Part shown: in pieces, positions 59,369 through 64,000 of the stretch
Layout of the letters: every line of letters starts with the position of its first letter
Position numbering within the stretch: position 1 is the stretch's first letter
Source of the DNA: Myxococcota bacterium
GTDB taxonomy: Bacteria > Myxococcota_A > UBA796 > CAJQPC01
DNA length: 64,000 nucleotides
Direction of reading: 5' to 3'
Assembly (NCBI GenBank): GCA_036229005.1
Contig: JAZAMN010000022.1
Span: 1 to 64,000, forward strand
The notes under the pieces: generated by a model
The model's database searches: none
Seen by the model: the letters and a program-made list of their open reading frames with translations, nothing else
Told to the model about the DNA's origin: nothing
Translations under genes and position numbers: made by a program

Positions 59369-60082
59369 GCCCTGAAGGGCCGGCCCTCCACCGGGTCCAA
59401 CTCACCGCCTTCAACCGACACCCGGGCGCCGCAGTCATCCTGCCCTTGCCCCGGCCCGCCGGCCACCACTCGCTCGCACAACAAGCCCTCCCCTTCGTCC
59501 GGCACCCCGGCTCGGTTCGTGCTCCCGCCCTCCGGCTTCCGGCCCTCACCTGGTCGGCAGGGGGCCGGGCGCCTCCGCTGCGCTTCGGCACGTCGCATAC
59601 CGCAAAACGCTGGTCGAAAACGCCCCGCCCACGAGCACCGGCCACCTCCACGCGGAGAGATTCTCGACCCACCACGCGGTGCAAAGCACTCCCCTCGCTT
59701 TTCCACCCAAGTCACACCGCCTCGTGCTCCGGTCACCTTTCGGCGTGGAATGGGTGGGCGCAACTCGGGCACCCACTCACTGTGCGGCGCTGAACCCGCC
59801 AGTTTGGCGGGCGCAGCGCCTCGCCGGAGCGGGCCATTCGCAGAACGGGCGGTAAACGCCATTGGACCGCGACGACCGGTTCTCGGGCCTCCAGCCCCGG
59901 AAGCTCTGGAAGCGGCCCAACGGCGTCTACCGCTGGACGGTCCCCGCGTTGCGTCTATGCTCAGCCAAACGCCGCAAGCGCCCGCGCCATCGGCCTCCTT
60001 GGGGCGAAACTGCGGTGTCTTTTCTGCGCAGTGTTTCTTTGGCGCGCTGCCTCTTCCCCGGAGTGTCCCCTCCGCGCGCCTC

Positions 60083-60490
60083 TCAGTCCCAGAGCGCCCA
60101 GACCGTCGGAACGCCAGCGCCGACAGCCTCCTCCGCGAAGCCCCGCAGCGCCTCCAGCGCAGCAACATCCACCAGCGGCCCCTGCTCCACGCCAAGGAAG
60201 CACCGTACGGTCGAGAGCAGCTCCAGCGCGGGTCTCTCGACCTCGCCGCCTGCGTCCTCCCAGCCACGGCATTCGTTGGCTTCTCGGATCAGCCCGGGAA
60301 GCTCCGGGTAGGTCCCCGCCTTGAAGGCCTGTTGAACCACCGGGCCCGAGGCGAAGGCGAAGACCTCCCGATTCATCTCGAAGACCACCTCTTCCCCGCC
60401 AGGGTGGTGGAAGCGGAAGCGTATCGAGCCGCCGCACAGGGCCCCGCAGACGGGGCAGGGCTCGGTGTGGTCAAGGCGTCGGAGCTTCAT
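60083..60490 (-). CDS. Hypothetical protein with N-terminal CxxC
   Basis: GGAGG RBS upstream; PCPVCG; no family recognised. Confidence 0.5.
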   Translation of the reverse strand: MKLRRLDHTEPCPVCGALCGGSIRFRFHHPGGEEVVFEMNREVFAFASGPVVQQAFKAGTYPELPGLIREANECRGWEDAGGEVERPALELLSTVRCFLGVEQGPLVDVAALEALRGFAEEAVGAGVPTVWALWD

Positions 60491-60513
60491 GTCCCCCCTC
60501 CCGGTCGTGGGCT

Positions 60514-61920
60514 TCAGACCGTCTCGCCGGGCTTGAACCCCGCCTCGACCACTTTGGCGCGCACGGACTCCAGGTCCAGCACGCCCTGGACGTGGACGAT
60601 CCCCGACTCCAGGTCGATGTCGACGGCCTCGACGCCCTCCAGCTCGCGGAGGCGGCCCTCCACCTTGCGGGCGCAGCCCTTGCAGGTCATGCCGCCGACC
60701 TCCAGGTCCAGGCTGGGGCTGAGCACCTGGGCGCCGAAGCCAGCCTCCTGGATGGTCGCGACCACGCGCTCCTGCAGGTCCGCCCCGCTGCCGTTGACGC
60801 TCACCCGGCCGGACTCCAGGTCCACCGTGAAGGCGTCCACACCCTCCAGCTCGCTCAGCCGGCCCTCGACTTTGCGCACACAGCCCCCGCAGGTCATGCC
60901 GGACACCCTCAGGTCCAGAGCGGTGGACTCAGAGAGCTCGGGCTGCTGACGACGCGCCCACCAGAGCCGCAGATCCTGCAGCGCGAACCAGGCGACCATG
61001 GCGATCAGCAGCCCGCCCATGGCCTGCGCGAAGGGGCCCAGGTGCTCGTGGCCGCCGTGCTTGAGGGCCTCGACGGGGATCACGCCGTCAAAGAGCAGCC
61101 CAAAGCCGATGGAGCCGACCACGATGGTGCCCAGGTAGATGGCCAGCGGGCGCTTGCCCAGGGTGCGGTAGACGGCGCCCAGGGTGGCCACGTTCGTGGC
61201 GGGGCCGGCCATCAGGAAGACCAGCGCGGCGCCCGTGGGCAGGCCCGCACCGACCAACGCAGCGGCGATGGGCACCGAGGCGGTCGCACAGACGTAGAGC
61301 GGCAGCGACACGAGCAGCGCCGCGGCCATCGCCAGCAGTCCGCCGCCCGCCTGGAGCCCGGTCAGCGCGTCGGGGGGCACGAACACGGTCAGCGCCGCGG
61401 ACGCCAGCACGCCCACGCTCAGCCAGCCCCAGATGTTCTGGATCATCTCGATGCCGTGCTCGAACATCTGCTTGGGGGTGGGACGGGGGCCCGCCTCGGG
61501 CTCGGGCTGGACGTGCTGCTCGGCGCTCAGGCCGTCGGTCAGGAAGCCGCCCACCAGGCCGGTGACAGCGGCCGCGGCCACCTTGAACAGCGCGAAGGGC
61601 CAGCCCAGGAAGCTGGCGGCCACCAGCGTGGAGTCCACGCCGGTCTGGGGGGTGGAGATCAGGAAGCCCACGGCGGCGCCGTCGCTGGCCCCGTCCTTCT
61701 TGAGGCCCAGGCCGGCCGGGATGACGCCGCAGGAGCACAGGGGCAGCGGGACGCCCAGGGCGACGGCCTTGAGCACGCCCGCGCGGCCGCTCAGGTGGCG
61801 CTTGACGAAGCCGGGGGGCAGCAACCCGTGGAGCAGGGCGGAGATGCCCGCGCCCAGCAGGAGCCAGGGGGCGAGCTCGGCTGTGATCTCCCACACGGCG
61901 CGCAGGTATTCGGTGATCAT
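60514..61920 (-). CDS. DUF318-type permease fused to two HMA domains (Cu/heavy-metal handling)
   Basis: GVPLPLCSCGVIP, STPQTGVDS, PLYVCATAS, AGPATN; GMTCGGC and GMTCKGC. Confidence 0.88.
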   Translation of the reverse strand: MITEYLRAVWEITAELAPWLLLGAGISALLHGLLPPGFVKRHLSGRAGVLKAVALGVPLPLCSCGVIPAGLGLKKDGASDGAAVGFLISTPQTGVDSTLVAASFLGWPFALFKVAAAAVTGLVGGFLTDGLSAEQHVQPEPEAGPRPTPKQMFEHGIEMIQNIWGWLSVGVLASAALTVFVPPDALTGLQAGGGLLAMAAALLVSLPLYVCATASVPIAAALVGAGLPTGAALVFLMAGPATNVATLGAVYRTLGKRPLAIYLGTIVVGSIGFGLLFDGVIPVEALKHGGHEHLGPFAQAMGGLLIAMVAWFALQDLRLWWARRQQPELSESTALDLRVSGMTCGGCVRKVEGRLSELEGVDAFTVDLESGRVSVNGSGADLQERVVATIQEAGFGAQVLSPSLDLEVGGMTCKGCARKVEGRLRELEGVEAVDIDLESGIVHVQGVLDLESVRAKVVEAGFKPGETV

Positions 61921-62201
61921 CGGGTGCCTCCAAAGCGGGCGAGCAGGTCGGAGAGCTCGCTCAGGGTCTGCTCACGGGTGTTCTCGTCGCCGGACTGCAG
62001 GGCGCTGGCGACGCAGTGACGGACGTGCTCTTCGAGCATGATCTGGCCCGCGCGGCCCAGCCCACCGCGGACGGCTGAGAGCTGGACCAGCACCTCGGGG
62101 CAGTACCGGTCCTCCTCGACCATGCGGCGGACGCCGGCGAGCTGTCCCTCCAGGCGCCGCAGGCGGGCCAGGAGCTTCTTCTTCTGTTGTGCGTCCTTCA
62201 T
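61917..62201 (-). CDS. csoR: CsoR/RcnR family metal-sensing repressor
   Basis: LARLRRLEGQLAGVRRMVEEDRYC...HVRHC (Cys-His-Cys ligands). Confidence 0.9.
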   Translation of the reverse strand: MKDAQQKKKLLARLRRLEGQLAGVRRMVEEDRYCPEVLVQLSAVRGGLGRAGQIMLEEHVRHCVASALQSGDENTREQTLSELSDLLARFGGTR

Positions 62202-62212
62202 CCGGGTCTCCT

Positions 62213-62263
62213 GATACCCCCTGGGGGTATCTTTCCTGCACCCAGTATACCCCCAGGGGGTAT
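62213..62263. promoter_or_regulatory. Two CsoR-type operators
   Basis: GATACCCCCTGGGGGTATC (62213-62231) and ATACCCCCAGGGGGTAT (62247-62263), palindromic TAC-C-tract/G-tract-GTA. Confidence 0.85.
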
Positions 62264-62333
62264 GAGTTGCACCCTGTGCGATGATCGTTTTTTGGAGCGC
62301 GATCCCTCGCGGGTCCAATGCGCAGGAGGGCCG

Positions 62334-63923
62334 ATGTTGCTGTGGTGGGTGTTGGCTTGCGGGCGGGTGACCTCGCCGATGGAGACGGGTGTAGAGGACT
62401 CCGAGGCGGAGACCGGGGACAGCGGTGGGGACGGGATCTGCTCACCGGATCACAGCCTCACCTCGACCCAGACCCGGACGAGCACGGCGATCGTGCAGGG
62501 AGAGGAAGCGGGGGCTGGGCTGGCTTTTCTGGCGATCCCCTTCACCGAGCCGCCTCTGGGAGCGCTCCGGCTGGCGCCTCCGCAGCCCTACGCCTGCCGC
62601 GACGGCGAGGTCATCTCGGCGCAGACCTTCGGCCCCACCTGTCCGCAGCTCGACGACGAGGGCGCGCTCACGGGCAGCGAGGACTGCCTGCAGCTCAACG
62701 TGTTCACGCCGGACACCGCGCTGAGCGGCGCGCGCCCCGTGATGGTGTTCATCCACGGTGGCGGGATGGTGCAAGGAAGCGCCAGCCGCGAGGAGAACGG
62801 GGTGGCCCTCTTTGACGGGGCGCTGCTGGCGGAGCGCACGGGGGCGATCGTGGTGACGCTCCAGTACCGGCTGGGGGCGCTGGGCTTCCTGAACCACCCG
62901 GAGCTGCGGGCTGTGGGGCTGGGCGGGAACCTGGGCACGCAGGACCAGCTCCAGGGGCTGGCGTGGGTGCAGGAGAACGCGGCGGCCTTTGGCGGAGACC
63001 CGGCGCAGGTGATGGTCTTTGGGGAGAGCGCGGGGGCGCTGAGCATCTGCGGGCTCTACACCAGCCCCTACGCCGAGGGGCTCTTCTCGGCGGCGGTCAT
63101 CCAGTCCGGGGGCTGTCAGACGGCCACCTTGGCGGAGGCGGAGGCCGAGGGGGAGGCCTACGCTGCGGAGCTGGGCTGTGAGGACGCGGCGTGCCTGCAG
63201 GAGGCCCCGCTGGAGGACCTGGTGGCGCTGAGCACTGCGCCCATCTCGGAGCTGGGCGTGCCGGGGACCGGGGGCTTCGGGCTGAGCATTGATGGGGACG
63301 TCCTGCCCCAGGACCCCTGGGATGCCCTGGCGGCGGGCGAGCACGTCGGGGTGCCGCTGATCGTGGGCCACAACCGCGAGGAGACGGGCAGCTACAGCCC
63401 CACCCTGAGCGAGGCCGAGTACGAGACCCTGCTCAAGGGGCTCTTCCTGACCCGCTGGGAGGAGGCGGCGGCCCTCTGGTCGGTGGAGGAGTACGGCAGC
63501 GCCCGCAGCGCCTGGATCGCGCTGAGCACCGACGCCTCCTTTGGCTGCCCCGCCCAGCGCATGGCCGACCTGGTGAGCGAGAGCGGCACGCCTGCCTACC
63601 GCTACCTGTTCACCCACACCCCCGATACCGCCCTGTCCCGCGTTCGCGGCGCCTACCACGGCCTGGAGCTGCTCTACCTCTTCCAGCGGCTGGAGCCCAT
63701 GGAAGCCGCCGGGCTCTACGAGGGCAACACCGACGACGAGGCCGTGGAGGCGCTGATGCGCACCCTCTGGCTGGCGCACGCGCAGGGCGAGGACCTGCAG
63801 GCTGACGGCGTCGCCTGGCCCGTGACCGACGACACGCAGCCCTACCTGGAGCTGGCGGCCGAGCCGGCGGTGGGGACCGGGTGGCATGCGGAGGGGTGTG
63901 GGTTTCTGGGGGAGGTGTTCTGA
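62334..63923 (+). CDS. Type-B carboxylesterase, putative lipoprotein
   Basis: AGGAGG RBS; SEDCLQLNV, IHGGG, YRLGALGF, FGGDP, GESAG, AYHGLEL. Confidence 0.92.
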   Translation: MLLWWVLACGRVTSPMETGVEDSEAETGDSGGDGICSPDHSLTSTQTRTSTAIVQGEEAGAGLAFLAIPFTEPPLGALRLAPPQPYACRDGEVISAQTFGPTCPQLDDEGALTGSEDCLQLNVFTPDTALSGARPVMVFIHGGGMVQGSASREENGVALFDGALLAERTGAIVVTLQYRLGALGFLNHPELRAVGLGGNLGTQDQLQGLAWVQENAAAFGGDPAQVMVFGESAGALSICGLYTSPYAEGLFSAAVIQSGGCQTATLAEAEAEGEAYAAELGCEDAACLQEAPLEDLVALSTAPISELGVPGTGGFGLSIDGDVLPQDPWDALAAGEHVGVPLIVGHNREETGSYSPTLSEAEYETLLKGLFLTRWEEAAALWSVEEYGSARSAWIALSTDASFGCPAQRMADLVSESGTPAYRYLFTHTPDTALSRVRGAYHGLELLYLFQRLEPMEAAGLYEGNTDDEAVEALMRTLWLAHAQGEDLQADGVAWPVTDDTQPYLELAAEPAVGTGWHAEGCGFLGEVF

Positions 63924-63930
63924 GGGGGGC

Positions 63931-64000
63931 TCAGAGCGATTCCAGCGCGAGAGAGAGCTTGTCGGCGAGGCTCCAGCGCAGGCCGGCGGAGTAGAGGCTC
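63931..64000 (-). CDS. Possible 3' end of a gene entering from beyond the window
   Basis: Open frame ...SLYSAGLRWSLADKLSLALESL-stop, convergent with the esterase. Confidence 0.4.
   Translation of the reverse strand, partial: SLYSAGLRWSLADKLSLALESL

Noticed and set aside
58403..60500. Prophage or integrase-borne island at tRNA-Arg
   Set aside because: No integrase or phage genes and no duplicated tRNA 3' end seen downstream

Overview
GC-rich bacterial chromosome segment. A type IVa pilin, a Hanks kinase, a MYXO-CTERM-like tail and many acidic lipoproteins suggest a Myxococcota/deltaproteobacterial lineage (inference). Main blocks, in order: HDOD protein, lipoprotein, and a sigma54-driven pilin broken by a 1-nt frameshift; a large membrane protein with a degenerate P-loop, PhoX-like phosphatase and MscS, divergent from ppa; a NarK-type transporter coupled to a soluble NarX/PilJ-sensor chemoreceptor; Lrp plus a Met/Cys PLP enzyme; a cobamide uptake/salvage cluster with two cobalamin riboswitches (btuCDF-cobO-2H phosphoesterase-cobU-cobT-cobS-cbiB-cbiZ-cobD, then btuB and a BtuG-like lipoprotein); two beta-barrel-like paralogs under a sigma54 promoter next to two opposed 31-bp repeat arrays, a kinase-FGE fusion and a sigma54 activator; a large FG-GAP/MopE-repeat surface protein; lipA-E1beta-E2-E1alpha-E3-tmk-lipB-serS with three tRNAs; an inverted-repeat-flanked NADAR gene; a CsoR copper module; and a carboxylesterase. 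Best novelty candidates: (1) a 2H phosphoesterase coupled inside a cobamide operon that lacks cobC; (2) an E1alpha/E1beta pair that has lost ThDP-binding and catalytic motifs beside intact E2/E3; (3) the opposed phased repeat arrays with the sigma54/kinase module; (4) the NarK plus cytoplasmic chemoreceptor pair; (5) ultra-short uncharged lipoprotein signal peptides. All calls come from motif recognition by eye; no searches were run.
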